DNA of 64,000 nt from Burkholderiales bacterium (GCA_014860355.1 JACZJV010000148.1:2867-66866); one strand, 5' to 3'; shown: positions 9,115-21,292, numbered from the stretch's first letter. Notes: generated from the letters alone by a model not told the origin. Numbers and translations are program-made.

Positions 9115-9747
9115 TTACAGATTCTTGTTCGCACGGATTGCGGATTTCGGGCGGAACGCCTTGATCACCTCCTCGCGGGTCTCGATGTACGGTCCGCCGA
9201 TGAGGTCGATGCAATAGGGAACTGCGGCGAATATCCCCGGGACGATCTGCCTGCCTTCCTTGTCCTTGAGCCCTTCCAGGGTTTCCCTGATCGACTTGGG
9301 CTGGCCCGGCAGGTTGATGATGAGACAGCCTGCAGCGGGTACGCCGGCTGCGCGGCGGTAGCGGATCACCGCGACCTGGCGCGACAGTATCGCGGTCGGT
9401 ACGAACTCCAGGCTGATCCTGCGCATCTGCTCGCCGAAGCCGGGCATGAGCTTGTGCGCAACGGCGAGCGTGGCCTCGGGCGTGACGTCGCGCTCTGCCG
9501 GGCCGGTGCCGCCCGTCGTGAGTACGAGCTGACAGCCTGCCTCATCGACGAGTTCGGTCAGCGCGTTCTCGATCAGCGCCTGCTCGTCCGGGATCAGGCG
9601 TGTTTCCACGCGCCAGGACGGACTGGCGATGGCCTTGCCGAACCAGTCTTCGAGCGCTGGAATACCCTCGTCCCTGTACACGCCGGCCGAGGCGCGGTCG
9701 CTGATGGAAACCAGGCCGATCAACAGTGTGTCCGGATTGCTTTGCAT
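9115..9747 (-). CDS. mog: Molybdopterin adenylyltransferase (MogA family)
   Basis: The start is trimmed to ATG 9747 (MQSNPDTLLIGLVSISDRAS...). Conserved LVLTTGGTGPAERDVTPEAT. Confidence 0.8.
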   Translation of the reverse strand: MQSNPDTLLIGLVSISDRASAGVYRDEGIPALEDWFGKAIASPSWRVETRLIPDEQALIENALTELVDEAGCQLVLTTGGTGPAERDVTPEATLAVAHKLMPGFGEQMRRISLEFVPTAILSRQVAVIRYRRAAGVPAAGCLIINLPGQPKSIRETLEGLKDKEGRQIVPGIFAAVPYCIDLIGGPYIETREEVIKAFRPKSAIRANKNL

Positions 9748-9814
9748 ATGTTCAGTCTGGCTGCCGGCGCGCTGAATCGGGGGCGTTGCGGACATTGCGC
9801 AACGCACTCCGGGA

Positions 9815-10315
9815 TCAGCTGTCGGCCACCGGCTCCTTTGCAGTCATTTCGCGCAGTGCGCGGAACAGTTCGCGATAGCTCCTGGGCGGCAGGCCTGCGC
9901 CTTGTTCGCGCCGCGCGTTGCGGATCAGGGTGCGCAGCTTCTGGCTGTCCGCACCGGGGTATTCGCGCAGGAACTGCTCCAGGGCGGGGTCGCCGGCGAG
10001 GAGTTCCTCGCGCCAGCGCTCCAGCGCGTGCAACTGCGCCGTGTGCTCGCGGCCCTGCCCCTGCCACTGCTCCAGCCTGTCGCGCAGGGGTGCGGCGTCG
10101 ATCTCGCGCATCAGGCGGCCGATATATTGCATCTGCCGCCGTCGCGCCTCGTGTTTGCTGAGGCGCCTGGCCTCCTGCACTGCTTCCAGCAGGGATTGCG
10201 GCAGTTGCATGGTCTCGAGTTGCTGTTCGTTCAGCCCGACCAGCTGCTCACCCAGCTCCTGCAGCGCGAGCATGTCCTTTTTCCTGCGTGTCTTGCTGGC
10301 GGGTTCGTCTTGCAT
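9815..10315 (-). CDS. yjgA: YjgA/DarP (DUF615) ribosome-associated protein
   Basis: 166 aa, charged and helical. The SKTRRKKDMLALQELGEQLV start is typical of YjgA. It is divergent from pmbA, as in enterobacteria. Confidence 0.75.
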   Translation of the reverse strand: MQDEPASKTRRKKDMLALQELGEQLVGLNEQQLETMQLPQSLLEAVQEARRLSKHEARRRQMQYIGRLMREIDAAPLRDRLEQWQGQGREHTAQLHALERWREELLAGDPALEQFLREYPGADSQKLRTLIRNARREQGAGLPPRSYRELFRALREMTAKEPVADS

Positions 10316-10393
10316 GGGGCCGGGTGCGGTAGGTTCGACCTGCTATGATAATGGTTTTTACGGATCGCACGACTACACTATGGCCATGGTTCT

Positions 10394-11761
10394 ATGAAAA
10401 CAGGTTCAAACACGAAGGCGAGGACGACGGCGCGCTTCACCTATGCGCCCGCCACGCTCAGGCAGGTCGCCGCGGACTTGTTGCATCAGGCCGCCACACA
10501 GGGGGCAAGCGCATGTGAATGCGATGTGTCCGAAGGCTACGGGCAGACGGCGGTGGTGCGCAAGGGCGAGGTCGAGACCATCGAATACAACCGCAACAAG
10601 AGCATAGGCGTAACCGCCTACCTGGGCCAGCGCAAGGGCTTTGCCAGCACCTCGGATTTCTCGCCCAGGGCGCTCAGGGATACCGTGGCGGCCGCAGTCA
10701 GCATCGCGCGATTTACCGCGAGCGACGACTGCGCCGGCCTGGCCGAACCCGAGCTGATGGCGCGCGAAATCCACGACCTCGACCTGTTCCATCCCTGGGA
10801 CCTGCCCGTGGACGAGGCGATAGAACGCGCGCGCGCCTGCGAGGCCGCGGCCTTCGCCCTCGACCGGCGCATAGTCAATTCCGAAGGCGCGGGCGTCTCG
10901 ACCCAGCACCACCAGTTCATGGTCGCCAACTCCAACGGCTTTGCCGCAGGCTATCCGACTACACGCCATTACCTGTCCTGCGCGGTGATCGCCGAGCAGG
11001 CGGGGTCGATGCAGCGCGACGACTGGTACGCCGAAGCGCGCGACGCGCGCGATCTGCCCGCCGGCGATGCAATCGGGCGCTATGCCGGGCAGCGCGCCCT
11101 GGCGCGCCTCGGCAGCCGCAAGCTCAAGACGATGAAAGTGCCGGTGCTGTTCGAAGCGCCCGTGGCGAGCGGCCTGCTGGCAAACTTTGTCGGCGCGGTG
11201 AGCGGCGGCAGCCTCTATCGCAAGACCTCTTTCCTGCTCGACAGCCTGGGCCGGCAGGTGTTCTCGCCGCTGGTGCAGATCAAGGAGAGGCCGCATCTGA
11301 AAAAGGGCCTGGCTAGCGGCTACTTCGACGACGACGGCGTCGCCACGCGCGCGCGCGACGTGGTGAAGGACGGCATGCTGCAGGGCTATTTCCTCGGCAC
11401 CTATTCGGCGCGCAAGCTCGGCATGAAGAGCACCGGCAACGCCGGCGGCAATCACAACCTGATACTGCAAAGCGGGGATCTCGATCTGCCCGGACTGCTG
11501 AAGAAAATGGGCCGCGGACTGTTTGTCACCGACCTGATGGGGCAGGGCATCAACATGGTCACGGGCGACTATTCGCGCGGCGCTGCGGGCTATTGGGTGG
11601 AAGGCGGGGTGATCCGCTACCCGGTGGAAGAGATCACCATCGCCGGCAATCTGCGCGACATGTTCAAGGGCATCGCGGCAGTGGGCAAGGACGAACTGAC
11701 GCGCGGTTCGCGCCGCTGCGGCTCCATCCTGATCGAGCGCATGACCATCGCCGGCAACTGA
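10394..11761 (+). CDS. pmbA: PmbA/TldE metalloprotease subunit
   Basis: 455 aa. PmbA_TldD family features are present (GYGQTAVVRKGEVETIEYN..., C-terminal GSILIERMTIAG). The yjgA neighbourhood is conserved. Confidence 0.85.
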   Translation: MKTGSNTKARTTARFTYAPATLRQVAADLLHQAATQGASACECDVSEGYGQTAVVRKGEVETIEYNRNKSIGVTAYLGQRKGFASTSDFSPRALRDTVAAAVSIARFTASDDCAGLAEPELMAREIHDLDLFHPWDLPVDEAIERARACEAAAFALDRRIVNSEGAGVSTQHHQFMVANSNGFAAGYPTTRHYLSCAVIAEQAGSMQRDDWYAEARDARDLPAGDAIGRYAGQRALARLGSRKLKTMKVPVLFEAPVASGLLANFVGAVSGGSLYRKTSFLLDSLGRQVFSPLVQIKERPHLKKGLASGYFDDDGVATRARDVVKDGMLQGYFLGTYSARKLGMKSTGNAGGNHNLILQSGDLDLPGLLKKMGRGLFVTDLMGQGINMVTGDYSRGAAGYWVEGGVIRYPVEEITIAGNLRDMFKGIAAVGKDELTRGSRRCGSILIERMTIAGN

Positions 11762-12027
11762 GCGCTGCGCCGCAGAGTAAGGGCGCGGCGTGCCGGCCTT
11801 TGCATTCACCCCGCGCACCGGACCGACAGGCAGTTCAATTCACCGTAGGCAGCAGGGCGATATCCCATATAATCCCCCCGGCGAGGCCGGTCGGTCCGGG
11901 GCGCAGACACCGCAGTCAGGTTTTGTCGTTTAGAAGAAGAGCGCCCAGGGAAATTGCCTACAGGCCGCCGAATCAAAGGTGCGGGGAGGCGTGACTCCTC
12001 GTCTTGTTACCCAGCAAGAGAGGTAAA

Positions 12028-12618
12028 GTGAAAATTCTTCTCAGAATATCCGGCCTTATCGACGGCCTGAACGAGCGTGTCGGCCACCTGAGCTACTGGC
12101 TGATACTGGTCGCGGTGCTGGTCAGCGCCGGCAACGCGACCATGCGCTACGCCTTCGACAGGAGCTCGAACGCCTGGCTGGAAATCCAGTGGTACCTGTT
12201 TTCCGCGGTGTTTCTGTTTTGCGCGGGCTATACGCTGCTGCACAACCAGCATGTGCGCATCGACGTAATCAGTTCGCACCTGTCCAAGCGCGGGCGCGCC
12301 TGGATCGACATTCTGGGGACGCTGCTTTTCCTCTTGCCGATGGCGATCGCCATCATGTGGATGTCCTGGCCGGTGTTTGTCCAGGCCTGGGAACTGAACG
12401 AGGTTTCGAGCAACGCCGGCGGCCTCACCGTGTGGCCGGCACGTCTGATGCTCCCGGTCGGATTCTTTCTGCTGATCCTGCAGGGGTTCTCGGAGCTGAT
12501 CAAGCGCATCGCATTTCTGCGCGGCCTGATTCCGGACCCGACCGACAAGGACGAAGGCCCGAGCCTCGAAGAGCAGCTGGCGGAGGCGCTGCGCAAAGAG
12601 CGGGGTGAAACCGCATGA
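12028..12618 (+). CDS. dctQ: TRAP transporter small permease (DctQ family)
   Basis: Four predicted TM helices, upstream of and overlapping the large permease gene. GTG 12028 is preferred (GAGAGG RBS). The ORF track starts it at TTG 12004. Confidence 0.75.
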   Translation: MKILLRISGLIDGLNERVGHLSYWLILVAVLVSAGNATMRYAFDRSSNAWLEIQWYLFSAVFLFCAGYTLLHNQHVRIDVISSHLSKRGRAWIDILGTLLFLLPMAIAIMWMSWPVFVQAWELNEVSSNAGGLTVWPARLMLPVGFFLLILQGFSELIKRIAFLRGLIPDPTDKDEGPSLEEQLAEALRKERGETA

Positions 12619-14429
12619 TCGAACTATTGACGAACAACATGGCGCCGCTGATGTTCGGGGCGCTGGTGGTGTTTCTGCTGCTCGGCTATCCGGTCGCTTT
12701 CGCGCTGGCAGCCAACGGGGTCCTGTTCGGCCTCATCGGCGTCGAACTGGGATTGCTGCATCCCTCGCTGTTCCAAGCGCTGCCGCAGCGCATCTGGGCG
12801 GTGATGTCCTACGATACCCTGCTCGCGGTGCCGTTCTTCACCTTCATGGGCCTGGTACTGGAGCGCAGCGGCATGGCCGAAGACCTGCTCGACACCATCG
12901 GCCAGCTGTTCGGCCCCATGCGCGGCGGCCTCGCTTTCGCGGTGGTTTTGGTGGGTGCGCTGCTTGCCGCGACCACCGGCGTGGTGGCCGCCTCGGTGAT
13001 TTCGATGGGACTGATTTCGCTGCCCATCATGCTGCGCTACGGCTACGACCGGCGCCTGGCCTGCGGCGCAATCGCGGCGTCCGGGACGCTGGCGCAGATC
13101 ATCCCGCCCTCGCTGGTGCTGATCGTCATGGCGGACCAGCTGGGCAAATCCGTGGGCGATATGTACGCCGGCGCTTTTCTGCCGGGGATGGTGCTCACCG
13201 GCCTGTACGTCTCCTATGTCGCGGGCATCGCCCTGTTCAAACCCGCATGGGCGCCGGCCCTGCCCAAGGCGGCACGCACCTTTACCGAGCCCGATGGCAG
13301 CAGCGGCGTGCCCTCGCTGGTCGTGCTCCTGATTGTTGCAGTGGTCGTTTCGGTGGCGTTTTCCAAGTACCATTACCCGCCCGATGCGCCCCTGGACGAA
13401 GTGCTGGTGGTGTCGACTGCCGTCGGCGTCGCAGTCGCCTTTTTCGCCGCCGTGGTCAACCATGTGCTCAAGCTGGGCCTGCTGTCGAAGATCGCAGCGC
13501 GCGTGACCTTCGTCCTGATTCCGCCGCTGGGGCTGATTTTTCTCGTGCTGGGTACGATCTTCCTCGGCGTGGCGACACCCACCGAGGGCGGGGCGATGGG
13601 CGCTACCGGCGCGCTCGCCATGGCGCTGGCGCGCCGGCGCCTTTCGTTTCCGCTGTTGCGCCAGGCGATGGATGCGACGGCGAAGCTGACCTCCTTCGTC
13701 GTGTTCATCCTGGTCGGCGCGCGTGTGTTCAGCCTGACCTTCTATGGCGTGGACGGCCACATTTGGGTGGAGCACCTGCTGCTCGGGCTTCCGGGCGGCC
13801 AGCTCGGCTTCCTCATCGTGGTGAACATCCTGGTGTTCGTGCTGGCGTTCTTCCTCGATTTTTTCGAGCTGGCGTTCATCATCATCCCCCTGCTCGGACC
13901 GGTGGCGGAGAAGCTCGGAATCGACCTCATCTGGTTCGGCGTGCTGCTGGCGATCAATATGCAGACCTCGTTCATGCATCCGCCTTTCGGCTTCTCCCTG
14001 TTCTATCTGCGCAGCGTGGCCCCGGCCAAGGACTACGTCGACCGGCTCAGCGGCAAGGTGATTGCCAAAGTGACCACGATGCAGATCTACTGGGGCGCAG
14101 TGCCCTTCGTACTGATCCAGGTGCTGATGGTCGGGCTGGTAATTGCGGTGCCCGATATCGTCGGCGGCGGCATGGTGAAGAAGGCGGCGATAGACACTGA
14201 CAGGCTGGAAATCATGGTGCCCGATGCGAGTTTTGGGCCGGCCGCCACAGGTCAGGACGCCTTGGAAAACGCGCTTGAAAACGCGTTGGGCAATGATGCC
14301 GAGGCTGAGCGGCCGTCCGATGCGCAGGACGCAGCCCCGGCCGATGCAGATGCGAAGGGCGCTGTCGGCGCAGGCATGAAGGACGCAGTCGAGGGCGACG
14401 CCGCAAAGAGAGCGCCCGGCGGGAAATAG
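12615..14429 (+). CDS. dctM: TRAP transporter large permease (DctM family), long form with an inserted TM pair and a ~76-aa low-complexity C-terminal tail
   Basis: 604 aa polytopic membrane protein with DctM-like repeats. 4-nt overlap with dctQ. The tail DALENALENALGNDAEAERPSDAQDAAPADADAKG is acidic and Ala-rich. Confidence 0.8.
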   Translation: MIELLTNNMAPLMFGALVVFLLLGYPVAFALAANGVLFGLIGVELGLLHPSLFQALPQRIWAVMSYDTLLAVPFFTFMGLVLERSGMAEDLLDTIGQLFGPMRGGLAFAVVLVGALLAATTGVVAASVISMGLISLPIMLRYGYDRRLACGAIAASGTLAQIIPPSLVLIVMADQLGKSVGDMYAGAFLPGMVLTGLYVSYVAGIALFKPAWAPALPKAARTFTEPDGSSGVPSLVVLLIVAVVVSVAFSKYHYPPDAPLDEVLVVSTAVGVAVAFFAAVVNHVLKLGLLSKIAARVTFVLIPPLGLIFLVLGTIFLGVATPTEGGAMGATGALAMALARRRLSFPLLRQAMDATAKLTSFVVFILVGARVFSLTFYGVDGHIWVEHLLLGLPGGQLGFLIVVNILVFVLAFFLDFFELAFIIIPLLGPVAEKLGIDLIWFGVLLAINMQTSFMHPPFGFSLFYLRSVAPAKDYVDRLSGKVIAKVTTMQIYWGAVPFVLIQVLMVGLVIAVPDIVGGGMVKKAAIDTDRLEIMVPDASFGPAATGQDALENALENALGNDAEAERPSDAQDAAPADADAKGAVGAGMKDAVEGDAAKRAPGGK

Positions 14430-14483
14430 AACCAGGGCGTCTGCTGGCGAAGTTGGCCGGGGTGCGCCGATCTTTCAATCGGG

Positions 14484-14516
14484 CAAAAAAACCCCGCGCA
14501 GGCGGGGTTTCTTCTG
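14484..14516. terminator. Bidirectional rho-independent terminator between convergent dctM and the TRAP binding-protein gene
   Basis: AAAAAAA-ACCCCGC-GCAG-GCGGGGT-TTCTTCT: an 8-bp GC stem with a 4-nt loop, an A-run upstream and a T-rich run downstream. Confidence 0.75.
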
Positions 14517-14563
14517 TACAGGCAGGGACGAAGCCCGGTCCAGGCTTCGCCCCCCCCACATCA

Positions 14564-15760
<1,197 letters not shown>

Positions 15761-15875
15761 TTACGGCGCGTACGGCCATAGCCATCGCTATTTGGGCGGG
15801 CGCGACCGGCAGCTTGGCGAATTCTTGGGCGAAGTTGCATAATGCCCGGCATTGCAAACCAAAACAGGAGCCAGC

Positions 15876-16982
15876 ATGGGACGCAAGGCAAGAGCCGTGA
15901 TCTGCCGCGAGAACAATGTTCCGGTCGTGGTCGAAGAGATCGAAGTCGATTCGCCGCAACGCGGCGAGGTGATGATCAGGCTGGGCGCCTGCGGCGTATG
16001 TCATAGCGACCTGTCCGCCATCAATGGCACCATCGGCATGCCGCTGCCGCTGATCCTCGGCCACGAGGGCGCGGGCACCGTGGTCGAAGTCGGCGAAGGC
16101 GTGACAGAGTTCGCCCTGGGAGACACGGCGATCAGTTCTTTCGTCAACATGTGCGGCAAATGCCGCTACTGCGTTACCGGCCGTCCGCACCTGTGCGATG
16201 TCGGCGCGAAGGCGATCATCTCCCTGCCCGACGGCAGCCTGCGCACGCGCGACGCCGCGGGCAAGCCGCTCAACATCTTTTCCGCCTGCGGGGTGATGGC
16301 CGAATACGCCACCCTGCACGTGAACAACTTGGTGAAAATCGCGCCCGGCATGCCACTCCCGCAGGCGGCGCTGATCAGCTGCGGCGTGATGACCGGCGTG
16401 GGCGCGGTATTCAATACTGCCAAGGTGGAGCCGGGGTCCAGCGTGCTGGTGATCGGCGCGGGCGGGGTCGGCCTCAACGTGATCCAGGGCTGCGCCATCG
16501 CCGGCGCCGGCGTCATCATCGCCGTGGACATGGCGGACAACAAACTGGAACTGGCCAGGCAGTTCGGTGCCACGCATACGCTCAACGCCGGCAAGGAGGA
16601 AAATCTGGTCAAGGCGGTGAAAAAACTGACCGGCGGAGGCGCCGATTACGCCTTCGAGTGCATAGGCCTGGGCAAGATGGTGGAACAGGCGTTCCGCGCA
16701 GTGCGCAAGGGCGGCACCGCGCTGGTGGTGGGGGTGGCGCGCGGCGAGGACAACACCTCGCTGAAGACGGCCTCGATCACTTTCGAGGAGAAAACCCTGA
16801 CCGGCAGCTATTACGGCTCGGCGCGGCCGCGCGAGGATTTCCCGCGGCTGATTGCGCTGTACCAGGCGAAGAAACTCAAACTCGACGAACTCATCACGCG
16901 CACCTACCGCATCGACGAGGCGGCGCAGGCGTTTGCCGACCTCGAGGCCGGTCGCAATGCGCGCGGAGTAATCGTGTTCTAG
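15876..16982 (+). CDS. Zinc-dependent alcohol dehydrogenase (MDR family)
   Basis: The start is trimmed to ATG 15876 (CAGGAG RBS). GVCHSD, GHEGAG and a GAGGVGL Rossmann motif are present. Confidence 0.85.
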   Translation: MGRKARAVICRENNVPVVVEEIEVDSPQRGEVMIRLGACGVCHSDLSAINGTIGMPLPLILGHEGAGTVVEVGEGVTEFALGDTAISSFVNMCGKCRYCVTGRPHLCDVGAKAIISLPDGSLRTRDAAGKPLNIFSACGVMAEYATLHVNNLVKIAPGMPLPQAALISCGVMTGVGAVFNTAKVEPGSSVLVIGAGGVGLNVIQGCAIAGAGVIIAVDMADNKLELARQFGATHTLNAGKEENLVKAVKKLTGGGADYAFECIGLGKMVEQAFRAVRKGGTALVVGVARGEDNTSLKTASITFEEKTLTGSYYGSARPREDFPRLIALYQAKKLKLDELITRTYRIDEAAQAFADLEAGRNARGVIVF

Positions 16983-17088
16983 GGACCGGGGGATGCTTTT
17001 TCTCTGGCAGGAGTCGATGGCGTCCGCGCGCGCGCCTTGCTAATCGTGCGCAACAACGGGGGTACCGCCGAAACAGGAAGGAGGGAAA

Positions 17089-17562
17089 ATGATATCGCTG
17101 AGCATCAATGGCAAGAAGATCAAAGTCAAGGACAGTCCGGACAAGCCGCTCTTGTGGGTGCTGCGCGACACGCTAGGCATGACCGGCACCAAATTCGGCT
17201 GTGGCGTGGCGCTGTGTGGTGCCTGCACCGTTCATCTGGACGGCGAGCCGGTGCGTTCCTGCTCGGTCCCTCTGTCCGCGGCAGCGGGAAAAAAGGTGGT
17301 GACCATCGAGGCCATCGCCGCCAATTCCGTGGGCAAGGTGGTGCAGGCCGCCTGGGTCAAGCACGACGTGCCGCAGTGCGGCTACTGCCAGAGCGGCCAG
17401 ATCATGAGCGCGACCGCGCTGCTGGCGAAGAACAAAAAGCCCAGCGACGCGGATATCGATGCGGCGATGAGCGGCAACATCTGCCGCTGCGGCACTTATA
17501 ACCAGATACGCGCGGCGATAAATGACGCGGCGCAGGCGATGAGCAAAGGAGGCCGGACATGA
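17089..17562 (+). CDS. [2Fe-2S] small subunit of a molybdenum hydroxylase (IorA / aldehyde oxidoreductase type)
   Basis: 157 aa. Cys clusters [10 protein letters not shown] and CGYCQSG...CRCGTY. GGAGGG RBS. Overlaps the large-subunit gene. Confidence 0.85.
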   Translation: MISLSINGKKIKVKDSPDKPLLWVLRDTLGMTGTKFGCGVALCGACTVHLDGEPVRSCSVPLSAAAGKKVVTIEAIAANSVGKVVQAAWVKHDVPQCGYCQSGQIMSATALLAKNKKPSDADIDAAMSGNICRCGTYNQIRAAINDAAQAMSKGGRT

Positions 17563-19694
17563 GCGCAATCTACAATGCATCGCGCCGCGATTTCCTCAAG
17601 ACTTCAGTGTTGGCCGGGGGCGGGCTGATACTCGGCTTCACCCTGCCGGGTGCCGCGCGCTTTGCCGAGGCGGCCAGCGTGTTCAGCCCCAACGCCTATA
17701 TCCGCATTGCATCCAACGGCCGGATCACGGTGGTCTGCGGCCTGTCCGAAATGGGCCAGGGCGTGCACACTGCGATTCCCATGCTGGTGGCGGAGGAACT
17801 CGATGCCGACTGGTCCTCGATCGAAGTGAAGCAGGCGCCGGCCGATCCGGCGTTCAACAACCCGATATTCGGCATGCAAGCGACCGGCGGCTCGACTTCA
17901 GTGCGCGGGCACTGGGAGCCGATGCGCAAAGCCGGGGCTGCTGCGCGCGCGATGCTGGTCGCTGCTGCTGCAGGGAAATGGAAATCCAAGCCTTCGGATT
18001 GCCGCACCGAGAAAGGCATGGTGGTGCATAAGAGCGGCAAGAAGCTCTCCTACGGCCGGCTTGCCCATGCGGCGGCCAAACTGGCCGTTCCCGCCGAGGT
18101 GAAACTGAAGAACGCGAAGGACTTCAGGATTCTGGGCACCAGCATGAAGCGCCTCGATACCCCGGCCAAGGTGAACGGAACGGCAAAGTTCGGGCTGGAC
18201 GTGCGCCTGCCCGGCATGCTCACCGCCGTGATGGCGCGCCCGCCGGTGCCAGGCGGCAAGGTGGTATCCGTGGACGATGCCAAGGCCAAGGCCATCCCGG
18301 GGGTGAGGCAGGTAGTGCAGATTCCGGGCGGCGTTGCCGTGCTCGCCGAGGGTTTCTGGGCTGCCAAGCAGGGACGCGACGCGCTGGAGATCAAATGGGA
18401 CGACGGGCCCAACGCGGCGCTATCCTCGGAAGGCGTATCCAGAATGCTCACGGAGGGGGCTGGCAAGGGCGGGGCGGTGGGCCGCAGCGCAGGCGATGTC
18501 GGCCTGTCGGTGGCGAAACGGCTGCAGGCCGTCTACGAAGCGCCTTATCTCGCCCACGCCTGCATGGAACCGATGAACGCCACGGTATGGGTCAAGCCGG
18601 ACGAAATCGAAGTCTGGGCCGGCACCCAGTCGCAGGGTCCCTCGCAGGGCATACTAGGCAAGGTAGGAGGCATCGCGCCCGGCAAAGTCAAGGTGCACAC
18701 CATGTATCTGGGCGGCGGCTTCGGCCGGCGCTTCGCCCCGGATTTCACCGTGGACGCGACCCTGCTGTCGAAGATCTCGGGCAAGCCGGTGCAGCTGGTC
18801 TACACGCGCGAAGACGACATGAAGGCCTATTTCTACCGCCCGGCCTCGGTCACGCGCTTTGTCGGCGGACTCGATTCCAGGGGCAAGGCGGTTTCCTTAT
18901 CGGCCAGTGTCGCCTCGCCCTCGATCATGGAAGCCTCGGGCTTCATGAAACTGCCGCCCGACGGCGTCGATCAGATGGCGGTCGAAGGCATCAAGGACTG
19001 CCCCTACGATATTCCCAATCTGCGCGTCGAATACGCGCGGCGCGAGCCCGGCGTGCAGGTCTGGTTCTGGCGCTCGGTCGGGCATTCGCAAAACCTCTTT
19101 TTCCTCGAGAGCTTCGTCGACGAGATGGCGGTGGCCGCAGCCATGGACCCGTACGAGTTTCGCCGCGAACTGCTCTCCAAGCAGCCGCGCTACAAGGGGG
19201 TACTCGAGCTCGCCGCGCAAAAAGCGGAATGGGGCAAGCCGCTGCCGGCCGGCGTGCACCGCGGCATCGCCGTGGCGCAATCGTTCGGCAGCTATGTCGC
19301 CGAGGTGGCCGAGGTGTCGGTAGGCAAGGACGGCAAGGTGAAGGTGCATCGCATCGTCGGCGCGGTGGACTGCGGCATGACCGTCAATCCGGAGATCGTG
19401 AGGCGCCAGGTGGAAAGCGCCGTCGTCTACGGCTTGAGCGCCGCGCTCTACGGCAGGATCAGCTTCAAGGACGGCAGGGTCGAGCAGTCGAATTTTCACG
19501 ACTATCCGGTGTTGCGCATCGACGAGATGCCCAGGGTGGAGGTGCATATCGCCGCGAGCACCGAGCTTCCCGGCGGCATGGGCGAGCCGGGCCTGCCGCC
19601 TCTTGCGCCTGCGCTCACCAATGCGATTTTCGCAGCGACCGGCAAGCGCGTGCGCAAACTGCCGATCGACAGCGACCAATTGAAACACGCCTGA
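17559..19694 (+). CDS. Molybdopterin-binding large subunit (IorB / membrane-bound aldehyde dehydrogenase type) with a Tat signal
   Basis: 711 aa. [15 protein letters not shown] twin-arginine signal. GGGFGRR motif. Coupled to the 2Fe-2S subunit. Confidence 0.8.
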   Translation: MSAIYNASRRDFLKTSVLAGGGLILGFTLPGAARFAEAASVFSPNAYIRIASNGRITVVCGLSEMGQGVHTAIPMLVAEELDADWSSIEVKQAPADPAFNNPIFGMQATGGSTSVRGHWEPMRKAGAAARAMLVAAAAGKWKSKPSDCRTEKGMVVHKSGKKLSYGRLAHAAAKLAVPAEVKLKNAKDFRILGTSMKRLDTPAKVNGTAKFGLDVRLPGMLTAVMARPPVPGGKVVSVDDAKAKAIPGVRQVVQIPGGVAVLAEGFWAAKQGRDALEIKWDDGPNAALSSEGVSRMLTEGAGKGGAVGRSAGDVGLSVAKRLQAVYEAPYLAHACMEPMNATVWVKPDEIEVWAGTQSQGPSQGILGKVGGIAPGKVKVHTMYLGGGFGRRFAPDFTVDATLLSKISGKPVQLVYTREDDMKAYFYRPASVTRFVGGLDSRGKAVSLSASVASPSIMEASGFMKLPPDGVDQMAVEGIKDCPYDIPNLRVEYARREPGVQVWFWRSVGHSQNLFFLESFVDEMAVAAAMDPYEFRRELLSKQPRYKGVLELAAQKAEWGKPLPAGVHRGIAVAQSFGSYVAEVAEVSVGKDGKVKVHRIVGAVDCGMTVNPEIVRRQVESAVVYGLSAALYGRISFKDGRVEQSNFHDYPVLRIDEMPRVEVHIAASTELPGGMGEPGLPPLAPALTNAIFAATGKRVRKLPIDSDQLKHA

Positions 19695-19789
19695 GCCCTT
19701 GCGGCGGCAGCGCATCGCCGTCGCGCGGCTGCCGCATGTAGCGGGTGGCCGTTTCGGCAATGCCGGAATGGCGTGTGAGATACTCGGCC

Positions 19790-20734
19790 ATGCAGCTGCC
19801 GTACTTTTCAGCCGCGCAGGTTCACGCGGCGCTCGATTACCGACTGCTGGCCGCGGCCCTGCGCGAGGCGTTTCGCGCGGGTTGCGTTGCACCCCTGCGC
19901 CATGTGCACGATGTCACCGGCGCGGGCGACCGGCTGCTGCTGATGCCGGCCTGGCGCCCAGGCGAAGATCTGGGCGTGAAACTGGTTACCGTATTCCCGC
20001 GCAATCGCGAGCGCGGCCTCGCCACGGTATCGGCGCTGTACGTATTGCTCGACGCCGCCACCGGGCATCCGCGTGCGCTCATCGACGGAGAAGCGCTCAC
20101 GCTGCGGCGCACCGCGGCCGCTTCGGCGCTCGCGTCGACTTTTCTGGCACGCAGGGACAGCGCCACGCTGCTGGTCGTGGGTACCGGCGCGCTTGCGCCG
20201 CATATGGCGCAGGCGCACTGCGCGCTGCGGCCGATCGCAAGGCTGATGCTCTGGGGCCGCAGCCACGCGCGCGCGCAGGCGCTCTCGGAGCAATTATGCG
20301 CCGCAGGCCTGCCGGCGCAGGCGCTCACCGATCTGGCTCCGGGGCTGGCGCAGGCCGATATCGTCAGCTGTGCCACCACCGCCACCGATCCCGTGCTTCG
20401 CGGCAGCCTGCTGCGCCCCGGCACGCACGTGGATCTGGTCGGCGGCTACACCCCGCAGATGCGTGAAGCCGACGACGAGCTGATTGCGCGCGCCGAGATA
20501 TTCGTCGATACCTATGCCGGTGCCTTGAAGGAGGCGGGCGATCTGCTGCAGCCGCTGGCGAGCGGCGCGCTCGCACGCGAGGATGTGCGCGCTGAATTGG
20601 CGCAACTAATCGCCGGCGCCCATCCGGGACGGCGCAGCGCGCAGGAGATCACCGTGTTCAAATCGGTCGGTACCGCGCTGGAGGACCTGTGCGCGGCGCG
20701 CCTGTTGCTGGAGCGCTCTCCGGCTCAGCTGTAG
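19790..20734 (+). CDS. Ornithine cyclodeaminase / mu-crystallin family protein
   Basis: Rossmann segment [13 protein letters not shown] and family-typical [10 protein letters not shown] near the C-terminus. The start at ATG 19790 was chosen over the GTG at 19745 and is uncertain. Confidence 0.7.
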   Translation: MQLPYFSAAQVHAALDYRLLAAALREAFRAGCVAPLRHVHDVTGAGDRLLLMPAWRPGEDLGVKLVTVFPRNRERGLATVSALYVLLDAATGHPRALIDGEALTLRRTAAASALASTFLARRDSATLLVVGTGALAPHMAQAHCALRPIARLMLWGRSHARAQALSEQLCAAGLPAQALTDLAPGLAQADIVSCATTATDPVLRGSLLRPGTHVDLVGGYTPQMREADDELIARAEIFVDTYAGALKEAGDLLQPLASGALAREDVRAELAQLIAGAHPGRRSAQEITVFKSVGTALEDLCAARLLLERSPAQL

Positions 20735-21273
20735 CGGGCGAGCAGGAACATGATCGCGAGGACGGCGATCACCCACCACAGCGGCGATTTCGCCTGCGTC
20801 CTCCCGGCCGGCGCTAATGCGGCTGCGGGGGCCGCCGCGCCGATCTGCTGGCCGAAGGCGGCGAAGAAGTCATCGGCCATTTTCTTCGCCACACCGTCGA
20901 TCAGGCGCGAGCCGATCTGCGCCAGCTTACCCCCCACCTGGGCCTGCACCGCATAGCGCAAGCGCGTAGCCGCTCCCTCGGCTGCGAGCGACACCCTGGC
21001 CGTGCCTTTGCCGAATCCGGCTGCGCCGCCCTGTCCGTCGAAGGAAAGCGAGTACGAATTCGGCGGGTCGAGGTCGGCAAGCAGCAGCTTGCCGCGAAAC
21101 CTCGCCCTGACCGGACCGATCGCCGCCATGGTCGCCACGGCGTACTCGGTGTCGCTCCGCCGTTCTATCGACTCGCAGCCCGCAATGCAGGATTTCAGCA
21201 CCTCTGGATCGTTCAGGGCGCGCCAGACTTCGGCTTGCGCCGCCGGGATGACTTGTTCGCCCGTCATTTCCAT
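20725..21273 (-). CDS. coxG: CoxG-like SRPBCC protein with a C-terminal membrane anchor
   Basis: The start is trimmed to ATG 21273 (MEMTGEQVIPAAQAEVWRALNDPEVLKSCIAGCE...), the classic CoxG N-terminus. The C-terminal hydrophobic tail is WWVIAVLAIMFLLA. Confidence 0.8.
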   Translation of the reverse strand: MEMTGEQVIPAAQAEVWRALNDPEVLKSCIAGCESIERRSDTEYAVATMAAIGPVRARFRGKLLLADLDPPNSYSLSFDGQGGAAGFGKGTARVSLAAEGAATRLRYAVQAQVGGKLAQIGSRLIDGVAKKMADDFFAAFGQQIGAAAPAAALAPAGRTQAKSPLWWVIAVLAIMFLLARYS

Positions 21274-21292
21274 TCGTTCCGATTCCCGCCAG

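Noticed and set aside
8425-10161. 578-aa plus-strand ORF
   Set aside because: It runs antisense across three well-supported minus-strand genes (carboxylesterase, mog, yjgA).
12605-14200. 531-aa plus-strand ORF and 451-aa minus-strand ORF (12624..13979) overlapping dctM
   Set aside because: These are alternative or antisense frames of a clearly membrane-spanning DctM reading frame. Their translations are Arg/Gly/His-rich low-complexity sequence.
15814-15843. Sigma-70-like promoter (TTGGCG-N18-CATAAT) upstream of the alcohol dehydrogenase, and sigma-54-like GG/GC strings nearby
   Set aside because: The match is weak, and the sigma-54 spacing is off by one or two nucleotides. This is not enough to call a feature.
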